Under the pieces are notes generated by a model that saw only the letters and a program-made list of their open reading frames with translations, was not told where the DNA came from and did no database searches. 64,000 nucleotides of DNA from Parcubacteria group bacterium (GTDB lineage: Bacteria; Patescibacteriota; Minisyncoccia; SW-4-49-11). Shown here piece after piece: positions 1-9,135 of the stretch. The translations under genes and the position numbers were made by a program. Where the stretch lies: contig CALRBF010000001.1 of NCBI GenBank assembly GCA_943354045.1, forward strand, positions 68,046 to 132,045. Reading direction: 5' to 3'. Every line of letters begins with the position of its first letter. Within the stretch, counting starts at the first letter, position 1.

Positions 1-2
1 GG

Positions 3-215
3 GCTATTCCCTTAGTTATTGGGGACACTGGCTATATTGTGGCTGAAAAAGATATTTTTTCTATTCGAGAAGCTCTCAATGATGCATATATTAATAAATC
101 TAAATATATAAAATTATCTAAATTAGCTCAAAATAGAGCAAACACAGAGTTTTCATATACAGCTATTGCCAAGAAAACTTATGATTTTATTCAAGAGATA
201 AAAAAGTCAAGCTAA
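3..215 (+). CDS. C-terminal fragment of a glycosyltransferase (GT4-like); the gene begins upstream of the window
   Basis: Frame 3 is open from the window edge to a TAA stop at 213-215. The translation AIPLVIGDTGYIVAEKDIFSIREALNDAYINKSKYIKLSKLAQNRANTEF resembles the C-terminal end of GT4 family glycosyltransferases. Confidence 0.4.
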   Translation, partial: AIPLVIGDTGYIVAEKDIFSIREALNDAYINKSKYIKLSKLAQNRANTEFSYTAIAKKTYDFIQEIKKSS

Positions 216-760
216 TTAGCCCGATAAATAACTTTATTATCTTGATAGATTTCTAATAATTTAGGCTCTCCACTTGAATTTAACTCTACTTTAGCTACCG
301 CTCCAACTAAGGATATAGGCTCAAAATTTAAATCTTCTATCCCATATTGTATATTATAAGTTGTGATTTCACCGGACTCTGGCTTCCCTTTTTTAATACT
401 AATTACCTTCCCCTTTATGATTGGGTCTTTACCATCTCCAAGATACTCTTTATCTACTTGTCTTACTCCACTTACCTTCCCCCTATATTGATCTAATATA
501 ATATATACAATATCATCTACATCTACATTTATATTATTTATATTTGCCTTATACTCTTCTAACATATAACCATATCCAAATACAGATTCTTGAATAGTAT
601 TAATATCAAAATATAATGTATCTTTTTGATATTCGGTATTAATAGTTGGCAGATAAACTATTGAGTTAATATCCCTCTTTTGAGTATAGAAATAAGCAAA
701 AAGACCTAAGATAATAATCAGTTGTAGGATAAATACTATAATCAAATTTTTAGTTTTCAT
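212..760 (-). CDS. Hypothetical membrane-anchored protein with an N-terminal transmembrane helix
   Basis: 182-aa ORF with a hydrophobic N-terminus (LIIVFILQLIIILGLFAYFY). No recognisable motif. Confidence 0.4.
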   Translation of the reverse strand: MKTKNLIIVFILQLIIILGLFAYFYTQKRDINSIVYLPTINTEYQKDTLYFDINTIQESVFGYGYMLEEYKANINNINVDVDDIVYIILDQYRGKVSGVRQVDKEYLGDGKDPIIKGKVISIKKGKPESGEITTYNIQYGIEDLNFEPISLVGAVAKVELNSSGEPKLLEIYQDNKVIYRAN

Positions 761-761
761 A

Positions 762-1850
762 CTAATTATCTATACTAGCTAATATATTTCGTCTTACTCT
801 CTCCAAAACCCAACCTGTAATCAAAAATATTAATCCTAAACTCAAGAAAAATAAACTCCTATCTAACTCTGTTCTCTCAACCCAATCAAAATACCTGACT
901 AATACGAATATAAATAAGGCTAAAATACTCAAATTTAATCTCCAAATTTCTTTTAATTTATAAGCACTAAATAAAAGCCATAATACCCCTATGAGGAAAA
1001 TACTATTGAATGATATAATATGTGGTAATATTTCTCTATTTTTATTAGCTAAAATAGTAGTATCATACATATATGTTTGATTGGATTCGTATAGTGATGC
1101 GACTTTTGGTAAAAATATTACAAACAAAGAACCAGCAAGCCCAATCAAAATCCCAATACCCTGATACAAATCAGATTTGATTTTTTTCCAAGCACTTATA
1201 CTACTTACACCAAATATTGCTATTGCCCCCAGCAATATACTAAGCGTTTTAGGATTATTCCAAATAGCAGTAGTAGTATTATTAGTAATAGTCGCCCAAA
1301 TATCCCTAGAGCTAAATGCTCCCAACACAAAACTGAGAATGCCTAATCCCAAGACACCAATCAAAGTAAGTACGGTATAATAGCGTTTATTACGAGATTG
1401 GTCAAAGAAAGTAAATGCTATAGTATAAAGACTTGTTGATAATAAAAAAGTAGCAATAAAAGATATGTTTGTATCTACTCCATTTTGAAAAGCAACCTGA
1501 TAACTTCCAATAATAATACCTAATAAGAATTCTATTATTCCAACAGCAAATACAGCAGGACTATGTTTACGGTGTCCTAAAATAGCTGTTATAACACCTC
1601 CTATACTAACAAAATAATACCAGCCAATAGGAAGACTTAATACTTGACTCATTGCATAAATACCTGCAAGGCCTAATATAAGAGATATACTCAAAAGTAA
1701 TTGTCTTAATAAATCATCCCATGAAACAGCAATAAAAAATGTAGCCTCGGCAAATGATCTTTGTAGACTAATTAAGCGAACTAATATAATAATACCCCCT
1801 ATAATAAGTATGAATATAATAAATGGGATAAGTATACTAAATATTTCCAT
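762..1850 (-). CDS. Polytopic integral membrane protein, function unknown
   Basis: 362-aa ORF with at least 8 hydrophobic segments. It is tightly packed with its neighbours on the same strand. Confidence 0.45.
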   Translation of the reverse strand: MEIFSILIPFIIFILIIGGIIILVRLISLQRSFAEATFFIAVSWDDLLRQLLLSISLILGLAGIYAMSQVLSLPIGWYYFVSIGGVITAILGHRKHSPAVFAVGIIEFLLGIIIGSYQVAFQNGVDTNISFIATFLLSTSLYTIAFTFFDQSRNKRYYTVLTLIGVLGLGILSFVLGAFSSRDIWATITNNTTTAIWNNPKTLSILLGAIAIFGVSSISAWKKIKSDLYQGIGILIGLAGSLFVIFLPKVASLYESNQTYMYDTTILANKNREILPHIISFNSIFLIGVLWLLFSAYKLKEIWRLNLSILALFIFVLVRYFDWVERTELDRSLFFLSLGLIFLITGWVLERVRRNILASIDN

Positions 1851-1855
1851 AGTAT

Positions 1856-2530
1856 TTAATCAAATGAATAGCGAGAAAAATCATCTTGTTTTAATTTTTT
1901 AGCTATATACCAATATAATTTAATTGAGACTATAAGAGCTAATATTGCATATACCAAATATTCTTGACGATACCAATCATAATTATCAAAAAAATCTGGA
2001 ATTCCTAATACTGAAATAATTCCTAATAATGCAAGTCCCAAAGACAATATTCGAGACTGCAACCAATATACTGCGACAAATACTCCCATACTCCATATCA
2101 AAAAACTTATTTGCCATGCAATATCAATATGTACAATTTCTCCTATCAAAAACACCCCCGCACCAAAAATTAACTGAGCTAATATAATAAGCCCATTGTA
2201 TACGCGTATAAGCTTTGCTTTACTTGCAAAATAAGCTCCTAAATATGATAGAGCCAATCCCATACTAATAATAGAAACTTTCCCAATATCCTCAAATATA
2301 CTCCAATTGGAAGCAATAAAACTGATTGCCGCAAGTCCTATAGATATAGCTCCAAATAATATAATTACTGTAATCCCTTGAGATTGTATATCAAAGTGAG
2401 GCTTTTCAATATCTTTGAGTGCCTGTTGTATTTCTTTAACAGTAATATTTTTCTGTAATAATTCAAGGTAAATCTCCTCGGTAGTTGCCCGCTTCTCTAC
2501 AAGTTCTTTGACTTGCTGCTGGGTGGTCAT
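1856..2530 (-). CDS. Integral membrane protein, function unknown
   Basis: 224-aa ORF with a soluble, charged N-terminus followed by 5-6 transmembrane helices. Confidence 0.4.
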   Translation of the reverse strand: MTTQQQVKELVEKRATTEEIYLELLQKNITVKEIQQALKDIEKPHFDIQSQGITVIILFGAISIGLAAISFIASNWSIFEDIGKVSIISMGLALSYLGAYFASKAKLIRVYNGLIILAQLIFGAGVFLIGEIVHIDIAWQISFLIWSMGVFVAVYWLQSRILSLGLALLGIISVLGIPDFFDNYDWYRQEYLVYAILALIVSIKLYWYIAKKLKQDDFSRYSFD

Positions 2531-2531
2531 A

Positions 2532-2693
2532 TTATTTTTTTATAATATTATCTAGAGGAATTTTAATCGCATTTGAGCGTTGTGGGATCATTTCAGCTTC
2601 AGGCTTTTGGCTAATTGAAACTGTTTCTGTTTGATGTGCACCAATATCTTCTATAGATATTTTTGTGATTATGTCTGTATCTTGAGTGCTCAT
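2532..2693 (-). CDS. Small acidic ORF of 53 aa, below the ORF-track cutoff, whose stop overlaps the start of the downstream membrane-protein gene
   Basis: The ATG is at 2691-2693 on the minus strand and translates as MSTQDTDIITKISIEDIGAHQTETVSISQKPEAEMIPQRSNAIKIPLDNIIKK. Its TAA stop overlaps the ATG of the 1856..2530 gene in a TAATATG arrangement. Confidence 0.25.
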   Translation of the reverse strand: MSTQDTDIITKISIEDIGAHQTETVSISQKPEAEMIPQRSNAIKIPLDNIIKK

Positions 2694-2860
2694 ATATAGT
2701 ATGTATTTAAAGTTACATTTAGTATATCACATTATATGTATTCGTCAAAATTATATATTTATTTTGATTTAATTATATATAGAGAGAATCATAATTACCT
2801 CTATAATATAAGAATATACCTAATTCATATATTGGGTATATTCTTATATTAATTTTTCAT

Positions 2861-2936
2861 TGGTCGGGAAGACAGGACTCGAACCTGCAGCCCCCTGGTC
2901 CCAAACCAGGTGCGCTAGCCATTGCGCCACTTCCCG
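2861..2936 (-). tRNA. tRNA-Pro with anticodon UGG
   Basis: The minus-strand read is CGGGAAGTGGCGCAATGGCTAGCGCACCTGGTTTGGGACCAGGGGGCTGCAGGTTCGAGTCCTGTCTTCCCGACCA. It has a 7-bp acceptor stem, an anticodon stem CCTGG/CCAGG with loop TTTGGGA (anticodon TGG, G37), a T-loop TTCGAGT and an encoded CCA. Confidence 0.85.
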
Positions 2937-3004
2937 TATATAACCATATTATTCTATCAATAATATGATATATAGTCAACTTAATCCGTATATATATTAT
3001 ATTT

Positions 3005-4396
3005 TTACTTTTTCTGAAGCCCAAGTCCTAATTCTAAAAGCTGATCGATTTGAATTGGGTTTGGAGATTGCATCATAGGATCTCTCCCATCTCCAGTTTT
3101 TGGAAAAGCAATAACTTCACGAATACTCGATTCATTTTGAAGTACTGTTAATAATCTATCTAACCCCCAAGCAATGCCTCCATGAGGTGGGGTTCCAGAA
3201 GCAAGAGCTGTCAACATATGCCCAAAAGCTTGATCAACTATTTCTCCTTTATAGCCTAAAATTTCTAATACTATTCTCAAGGCTTCTGGATTATGATTTC
3301 GAATACTTCCCCCTCCTATTTCGAATCCATTTAAGACAATATCATATTGCGTTGAGATAATATTCCCAATATCTTTTTTCTCTAATAATTGCTCTCTATA
3401 TTCAGGCTTTGGTGCTGAAAAAGGATTATGAGAAAATGTCCAATTTCCTTGCTCAGTTTTCTCGAATTGTGGAAAATCTATAATCCAACAAAATGCTAAT
3501 ATATTTGTGTCTTCTTTGTCCTCTCTAATATCTGGTCTATCATTACCATATTTTTCCATTGCCTCAGCATAGCTAATACGAGGAAAAGGTATAGTCTGAA
3601 TTTTCTTTTCTGGGTATAATTGTGTCACCAAATCAATCAAAAGCTTTTCATTTAAAGCAATAACATCTTCTGCTTCTACAAAACTAATCTCTAAATCTAA
3701 TTGAGTAAATTCAGGCTGTCTATCTTTACGAGTATCTTCATCTCGAAAACAACGGGCAATTTGAAAATACTTTTCTATACCACTTGCCATCAATAATTGC
3801 TTATATTGTTGTGGTGATTGAGGAAGAGCATAAAAACTTCCAGGCTGATGCCGAGATGGCACTACAAAATCTCGAGCACCTTCTGGAGTAGATTTGGTCA
3901 AGATAGGAGTTTCAATTTCAAGAAATCCCTCTTTATCAAGAAAATTACGAATAAATTGAGTCACTTTATGCCGATTAGCAAGATTTTTATACATTGATGA
4001 TCGGCGTAAGTCAAGATACCGATATTGTAATCTCAATTCCTCACTAATTTCATTTTTATCCTGATCTAGGGGAAATACAGGAGTAATAGCAGTATTCAAT
4101 ACTTCTATACTCAAAGCTTCAATTTCAACAGTACCCGTAGCCAAATCAGTATTAATAAGTCTTTCTGGACGAGCTTTTACTAGCCCACGAATACGAATCA
4201 CCCATTCTGGACGAATCTCTACAATCAGGGACTGTGAGGCCTCATCTAAACTTGCAGGGACCAATACCACTTGAACTTTTGCCGTGCGGTCTCTAAGGTC
4301 AATAAATGAAATTTTCCCATGATCTCTTTTGGTATCAATCCACCCCTCAATAGTAATTTCTTCTCCAATATGATTAATAGTATCTAGAATGCTCAT
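3005..4396 (-). CDS. aspS: Aspartate--tRNA ligase, short form lacking the bacterial GAD insertion (archaeal/eukaryal-type, possibly non-discriminating)
   Basis: Class II aaRS motifs are present: QSPQQYKQLLMASGIEKYFQIARCFRDEDTRKDRQPEFTQLDLE (the AspRS motif 2 signature FRDED..RQPEFTQ) and GLDRLL (motif 3). There is an N-terminal OB-fold. At 463 aa it is too short to carry the GAD domain of canonical bacterial AspRS. Confidence 0.8.
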   Translation of the reverse strand: MSILDTINHIGEEITIEGWIDTKRDHGKISFIDLRDRTAKVQVVLVPASLDEASQSLIVEIRPEWVIRIRGLVKARPERLINTDLATGTVEIEALSIEVLNTAITPVFPLDQDKNEISEELRLQYRYLDLRRSSMYKNLANRHKVTQFIRNFLDKEGFLEIETPILTKSTPEGARDFVVPSRHQPGSFYALPQSPQQYKQLLMASGIEKYFQIARCFRDEDTRKDRQPEFTQLDLEISFVEAEDVIALNEKLLIDLVTQLYPEKKIQTIPFPRISYAEAMEKYGNDRPDIREDKEDTNILAFCWIIDFPQFEKTEQGNWTFSHNPFSAPKPEYREQLLEKKDIGNIISTQYDIVLNGFEIGGGSIRNHNPEALRIVLEILGYKGEIVDQAFGHMLTALASGTPPHGGIAWGLDRLLTVLQNESSIREVIAFPKTGDGRDPMMQSPNPIQIDQLLELGLGLQKK

Positions 4397-4454
4397 GATT
4401 TATATACTTATATTAGTTTTTATTATAGCATTAAAAGCTTATTTTGAGAAATTC

Positions 4455-5207
4455 TTATTGATTTACTTTGAATCTCACCTTACCAAATTCAGCTTTTGTA
4501 AAATTATCTTCAATAATCAATACATATTCTCCATTTTGAATATTGCGTCCATTAATATCTACAAAATTCCAATCAAATTTCCCTGTATTAATACGATTTT
4601 GAGCTAATACAAAACGCTCATTATCACTTTCAAGATATATATTTACAAAAAATATATCAGGAGTAAAGCTCCAAGAAATACTGTTATTCTCTTGATTGAA
4701 AATTTGTTTTTCCACTGGACTCGTAATAGTAAGATTTTGTTTTTCACGAATCAGAGCAAATATAGGAGATTGTCCTATATTTTGACTATTTTGTACTAAT
4801 ATAATTTGATATTGACCTGGCTCATAAGCTTTACTATTTATCTCAATAAAACCCCTATTAAACTTTTGCTGTCCTAAAGAATATTCTTTAAGCTGTGGCT
4901 TATCTGACAGAGAAGAATCAAGAGATACCAAAAAAACTTCAATTGGCTCTAAATAAACTTGACTTAATTCTAATTTGATTATATCCCCAATTTCAATATT
5001 CTGATATTGTCTAGGACTATTCACAGTTACTATTTTTTTAGGAGAAATAGTATTATTTTGATTAGATATGGGATTTTGTATATTTTCTTTATTAGTATAA
5101 ACAACAAAGATACGAGCTCCTATTATCAATACTAAAAATAAAACAATACCTATACTATAAAGTATATTATTTTTTATCCAATTTATAAATTGATTCCAAA
5201 ACATCAT
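4455..5207 (-). CDS. Hypothetical protein with an N-terminal transmembrane anchor
   Basis: 250-aa ORF with a single N-terminal hydrophobic helix. Its start overlaps the end of the upstream plsC-like gene. Confidence 0.35.
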   Translation of the reverse strand: MMFWNQFINWIKNNILYSIGIVLFLVLIIGARIFVVYTNKENIQNPISNQNNTISPKKIVTVNSPRQYQNIEIGDIIKLELSQVYLEPIEVFLVSLDSSLSDKPQLKEYSLGQQKFNRGFIEINSKAYEPGQYQIILVQNSQNIGQSPIFALIREKQNLTITSPVEKQIFNQENNSISWSFTPDIFFVNIYLESDNERFVLAQNRINTGKFDWNFVDINGRNIQNGEYVLIIEDNFTKAEFGKVRFKVNQ

Positions 5208-5787
5208 CTGCTACTTTTTGTATTTCATCTTCTGACTTTATTGTATCATATGATTTGATTTTGCCTATATGTAGTGTTAAATACCATATTGGAATATATT
5301 TCCAAGGCTTTCGATAATTAATATATACAGGTAATACTGGAGCTTGTGATTTCCAAATGAGATACCCTACACCCCTTTTTGCATCCCCTTTATGATCAGG
5401 GTGTTTTTGCATTTTTCCTTCTGGAAAAATGCCAACCATCTCACAATTCTTTAAGGCAGTAACCATGGGATCAAGAACTTGAATACCCATTCCACGATCA
5501 ACTGGGAAACATTTCATTTGACGTAAATACCATCCAACAATAGGTTGCTTAAAAAATCGTGCCCCTGTAACAAAGTAAATTGATATAACCTTAGTTCGAT
5601 TCATCAAAGCTAAATAATACCAAATCCAAATACCATCATATGGCCCTCGATGATTAGATGCAATAATTAATGGTCCCTTTATATTTTGCAAATTTTCCAC
5701 TCCACTAATATGGACTTGTTTGCAAAACAAACGCATAATTATATGAAAAAACCAGAAGGTAATCCAGTACAATACATTATGTACCAT
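5167..5787 (-). CDS. Lysophospholipid (1-acyl-sn-glycerol-3-phosphate) acyltransferase family protein
   Basis: It carries the H(X)4D acyltransferase motif (ASNHRGPYDG) and the FPEGK motif typical of PlsC-type acyltransferases. Confidence 0.6.
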   Translation of the reverse strand: MVHNVLYWITFWFFHIIMRLFCKQVHISGVENLQNIKGPLIIASNHRGPYDGIWIWYYLALMNRTKVISIYFVTGARFFKQPIVGWYLRQMKCFPVDRGMGIQVLDPMVTALKNCEMVGIFPEGKMQKHPDHKGDAKRGVGYLIWKSQAPVLPVYINYRKPWKYIPIWYLTLHIGKIKSYDTIKSEDEIQKVADDVLESIYKLDKK

Positions 5788-5855
5788 AACAAAAAGATTA
5801 ATTATATTCCAACTATAATATAACTAATCTTTTTTGTCAATTATGGACAACTGAT

Positions 5856-6188
5856 TTATTTAGCTTTCTTAGTGACTTTAGATTGAGTCTCAGCAACTTC
5901 ATTCCATTTTTCTTGTAAAGTAGTCTTTAATGTCTCAATTTGTTCTTGGGTAATAGGATCTAATTTTTGATATTCATTGACAACTGCATCAACAATTTGA
6001 TCATATTTTGATTGACTCATATCCTCCAAGTCATTAATTCTTTTTGCAATATCTTTGCTCGTAGCTCTATATGCTTTTTTTAAATCTTGTCTTGTCTGAC
6101 GGCCTGATTTAGGGGCAAATAATACGCCAAGAGCTCCTCCAATTGCAAGTCCAGCCATAATTCCTTTGAATAGATTTTTATTACTCAT
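5856..6188 (-). CDS. YtxH-like protein (DUF948-related general stress-type small protein)
   Basis: The N-terminus MSNKNLFKGIMAGLAIGGALGVLFAPKSGRQTRQDLKK is characteristic of the YtxH family, and the rest of the protein is a charged helical segment. Confidence 0.55.
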   Translation of the reverse strand: MSNKNLFKGIMAGLAIGGALGVLFAPKSGRQTRQDLKKAYRATSKDIAKRINDLEDMSQSKYDQIVDAVVNEYQKLDPITQEQIETLKTTLQEKWNEVAETQSKVTKKAK

Positions 6189-6203
6189 AGTAGTGTTTTT
6201 TAA

Positions 6204-6551
6204 TTATATAATACGTTTTTTCTTTTTAGGTATAACTTTACTTAAAGCTTCCCCCAAATCATCCCCTTCATCTGTAACTGTAGATTTAGATGAATGATTC
6301 CAAGAGGCCACAATTTCTGAAATATTCCCAATAACCGAGGTAATACCAGAAATTGAAGTAAGATTGGATTTTAATTCAGTAGCAGTATCTACTGCTACAT
6401 CACCTAAATGCAAAGCTTTGTCAATAAGATTACGTATTGCATCAATACTTTTCTTTACATCGAGTAACATAATTAATAACACCAATAGTAATAGGCCTAT
6501 TTCTATCAATATAATTGCATATAGGCTTAAAATAACTTGTTCCGTAATCAT
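6204..6551 (-). CDS. DUF948-like small membrane protein
   Basis: An N-terminal transmembrane helix is followed by a helical region (AIRNLIDKALHLGDVAVDTATELKSNLTSISGI). It is paired with the YtxH-like gene, as is common in Firmicutes-type loci. Confidence 0.4.
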   Translation of the reverse strand: MITEQVILSLYAIILIEIGLLLLVLLIMLLDVKKSIDAIRNLIDKALHLGDVAVDTATELKSNLTSISGITSVIGNISEIVASWNHSSKSTVTDEGDDLGEALSKVIPKKKKRII

Positions 6552-6685
6552 AATTTTTTATTTTATACTATATTAATATATTATCATATCATATCATATT
6601 GTCAATTAACATTATGAATATACATATACCCCTTCATATGTTATACTTATTATATTGATAAAATAGATCTCAAATACGAATTTCC

Positions 6686-7423
6686 ATGATTAAATCTCTA
6701 TTCACAAAGAAAAATATTATCATATCTAGTATTGTTCTTGTATTAGGTTTGGGAATAGCCTATATCCTATTAAAGCCCGATTCTAAACCTAAGCTCACGC
6801 CTATAGATGAAGGGCTTGCTCCCATTAGAATTATTCAGATCAAGGACGGCAAAGAACAAGAAGTTAATTTTACTGAGTCAGGAGCTGAAATTATTGCAAG
6901 TGCCCTTTTTTCTGCCAATCCTTTTGATGAACAAATTAAACAAGATATACAAGATCTTGGTATTAATCGTATAGATTTCCCCCCCCTCCCAGAAAATCAA
7001 ATAAAAGTTATCCCCAATCCAGAAAATCCACAAGCAGCAATTGAAAAATATTTAAAAGAGGTATATACTATATTCAAGGATAATACTATCCAGCTCAATA
7101 TCAATCAGCTCTCTGAAGAGGCTTTGGATGGAAAAACACAAAATATTCAATCCCTACTTCGCATTAATACTGATTTATATCGTTCATTATTCACAATAGA
7201 AGTACCCCAAGATGCATTAAAGCTTCATAAAGGATATATTCGAATCACCCAAATACAAAATAACTTTTTATTGGGACTATTAAATGCAAGCTCTGATCCA
7301 TTAAGACTTGATATCAATAGTAAAATCAGTCTATCTTTACTCCAAAAGATTGATATACCAATAAAAGAGGAACTACAAAGTATCAGAAAAAAATACAATA
7401 TCATATACCAAAAACAATCATAA
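6686..7423 (+). CDS. Hypothetical protein with an N-terminal transmembrane anchor
   Basis: 245-aa ORF with an N-terminal transmembrane helix. It is the first gene of a plus-strand block that ends at 12505. Confidence 0.35.
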   Translation: MIKSLFTKKNIIISSIVLVLGLGIAYILLKPDSKPKLTPIDEGLAPIRIIQIKDGKEQEVNFTESGAEIIASALFSANPFDEQIKQDIQDLGINRIDFPPLPENQIKVIPNPENPQAAIEKYLKEVYTIFKDNTIQLNINQLSEEALDGKTQNIQSLLRINTDLYRSLFTIEVPQDALKLHKGYIRITQIQNNFLLGLLNASSDPLRLDINSKISLSLLQKIDIPIKEELQSIRKKYNIIYQKQS

Positions 7424-7424
7424 T

Positions 7425-9134
7425 ATGTCTTCTCTATTTTCTCAGAAAATAATAACAATAATCGGAATATTTTTATTCGGATTTCTATTTATAGCACCTC
7501 ATATTACCTATGCTGACAACTTGTATGGGCAATCTTGTGGTACAAAAAAATGTAGTGGAGCTGAAGTGTGTCAAAAGCAATATAGAGGGGTATTACCTAT
7601 TGGAGCACAAAATGATGGAAATGCTACCTATACCTGTGTTAAGCCACAGAATATAGCGGCTCCAGATAGTCCCTATAAGGGAGTTCAGGCATCTTGTAGT
7701 GATGTATTTCAAAAAGCATTTGGGCTTGATTTAAGCTCACTTACTGGTTCAGTATTAACAGATACTCTCCAGGTTGGATTGGGACAAATAAAAAATAGTT
7801 TAGGCCTAGATGGAGTCGCATTTGGATATGATTCAAGGGGTCCTCAAGCTTTAAACCTTAATAATGTAGGATTAAACTGGAGTATAGATCCTACTAATCT
7901 TATTAATACCGATGCATCATTTTTCAAAGACTTTGTCCCAAAATGTGATAGTGCTTATAATAATATAAAAGGTATAATTAATACTAATTTCCTCGTAGCT
8001 CCCCTTCCTGTTGATATTTTTAATCCCCTACCTCTTCCAGTTAATGTTACCTCTCCCACTCCACTTCCAGTAATAGTAGTGGATGATTTAGCTCTTTATC
8101 AGCAAAAAGAATTAATTGATGCCCCTCTAGCCGCTCAACAAAAAGCAAAGACAATAGCGACCGTAAGCGATACTCTGAGATATCAAATTAGTGTGGACAC
8201 TTTAATTGTCAATAATTATTTTGCTATTAATCAGTTAGGAATACAATTTGGAGCATTAGATCCTAATACTGGAGTAGTATCTAAAGAAGCTATAGATAAA
8301 TATGGATCTTATCAGAATTTCTCATTAGATAAAAATAAAGAAATAGAACAATATTTTAAAGGTTTACAAGATCAAAAAAGTCAATTACCTGAGGAGGATT
8401 TTACCCAAAGTTGTGGAAATGTAAAGACGGAAGATGCAGCGAAAGTGAGTTTTGAATGTGGTATTTTAGCGACAAAAACCATAAATAATCCCAATGGTAT
8501 TGCCTTTAATATAGCACAAGTAGCTGCAGAAAAATCACAAAATGCCACCGAACTCCTTGATCAAGAAGTTCGTGATGGAAGTGGATATTTTGCAAAGACA
8601 GCAGATGGAGATAAGAACCCATTCACCAAAACTATTCAGACCCCAGGATCAAACATAGAATCTCTTACCAATAAAGTATTAGAGTCTACTGTGGATCAAG
8701 CTATTACTGCATCTGGAGACAATTGTTTTGAGGCAATTCCTAATAATATCCTCGAGGGGTCACTCAAACCCGTACTGACTCAAGGATTATTTGGAGTTAA
8801 TAATACTCTAGCATCAGTACAAAAAAATGTAACCTCTAATCCTGTTAACTCATTACAGAATCCTAGTGGTTTTGCTAATCAATTAACTTCTGGATTACAA
8901 GGTGCTATACCTGACCCTAATAAATTCTTCAAGTCTCTACAAAATTCATTATTACAAAATGTAACCAATGGATTATCTTGTGAGCTTAATAAGCAAGTTT
9001 CAGGGCTACTCAATGGAGCTCTCGGGAATATTAATATCCCAGGTATTGGTAATGTAAGTGGGGCATTAACGAATCAAGCCACAGGGGCTATAAATGGAGC
9101 TCTCAATAATGCTGTTAATGGACTTATACCATAA
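7425..9134 (+). CDS. Secreted protein with a signal peptide; Cys-containing N-terminal domain and an S/T/N/G-rich low-complexity C-terminus
   Basis: Signal peptide IITIIGIFLFGFLFIAPHITYA. The mature protein has a Cys cluster (CGTKKCSGAEVCQK...YTC) and a long polar region. It lies immediately upstream of the TrbL/VirB6-like gene. Confidence 0.4.
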   Translation: MSSLFSQKIITIIGIFLFGFLFIAPHITYADNLYGQSCGTKKCSGAEVCQKQYRGVLPIGAQNDGNATYTCVKPQNIAAPDSPYKGVQASCSDVFQKAFGLDLSSLTGSVLTDTLQVGLGQIKNSLGLDGVAFGYDSRGPQALNLNNVGLNWSIDPTNLINTDASFFKDFVPKCDSAYNNIKGIINTNFLVAPLPVDIFNPLPLPVNVTSPTPLPVIVVDDLALYQQKELIDAPLAAQQKAKTIATVSDTLRYQISVDTLIVNNYFAINQLGIQFGALDPNTGVVSKEAIDKYGSYQNFSLDKNKEIEQYFKGLQDQKSQLPEEDFTQSCGNVKTEDAAKVSFECGILATKTINNPNGIAFNIAQVAAEKSQNATELLDQEVRDGSGYFAKTADGDKNPFTKTIQTPGSNIESLTNKVLESTVDQAITASGDNCFEAIPNNILEGSLKPVLTQGLFGVNNTLASVQKNVTSNPVNSLQNPSGFANQLTSGLQGAIPDPNKFFKSLQNSLLQNVTNGLSCELNKQVSGLLNGALGNINIPGIGNVSGALTNQATGAINGALNNAVNGLIP

Positions 9135-9135
9135 T

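Noticed and set aside
1177-1380. Small ORFs embedded in or antisense to confidently called genes (for example 1177..1380, 4389..4607, 6364..6576, 7225..7458, 9621..10046, 9714..9926, 10601..11035, 11822..12133, 11826..12029, 12043..12258, 12776..12991, 14107..14412, 14964..15149, 15670..15882, 16084..16377, 17136..18312 set, 18882..19067, 19570..19800, 21929..22202, 23269..23529, 23576..23954, 24315..24518, 24710..24898, 28149..28403, 30578..30772, 35614..35835, 36917..37415, 39617..40220, 40893..41216, 41838..42023, 42645..42938, 48480..48728, 49240..49428, 51963..52148, 54240..54470, 59968..60162, 61481..61672)
   Set aside because: They overlap longer ORFs that carry strong family motifs, have low-complexity or AT-codon-driven translations, and have no motifs of their own. 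They are typical shadow ORFs of an AT-rich genome.
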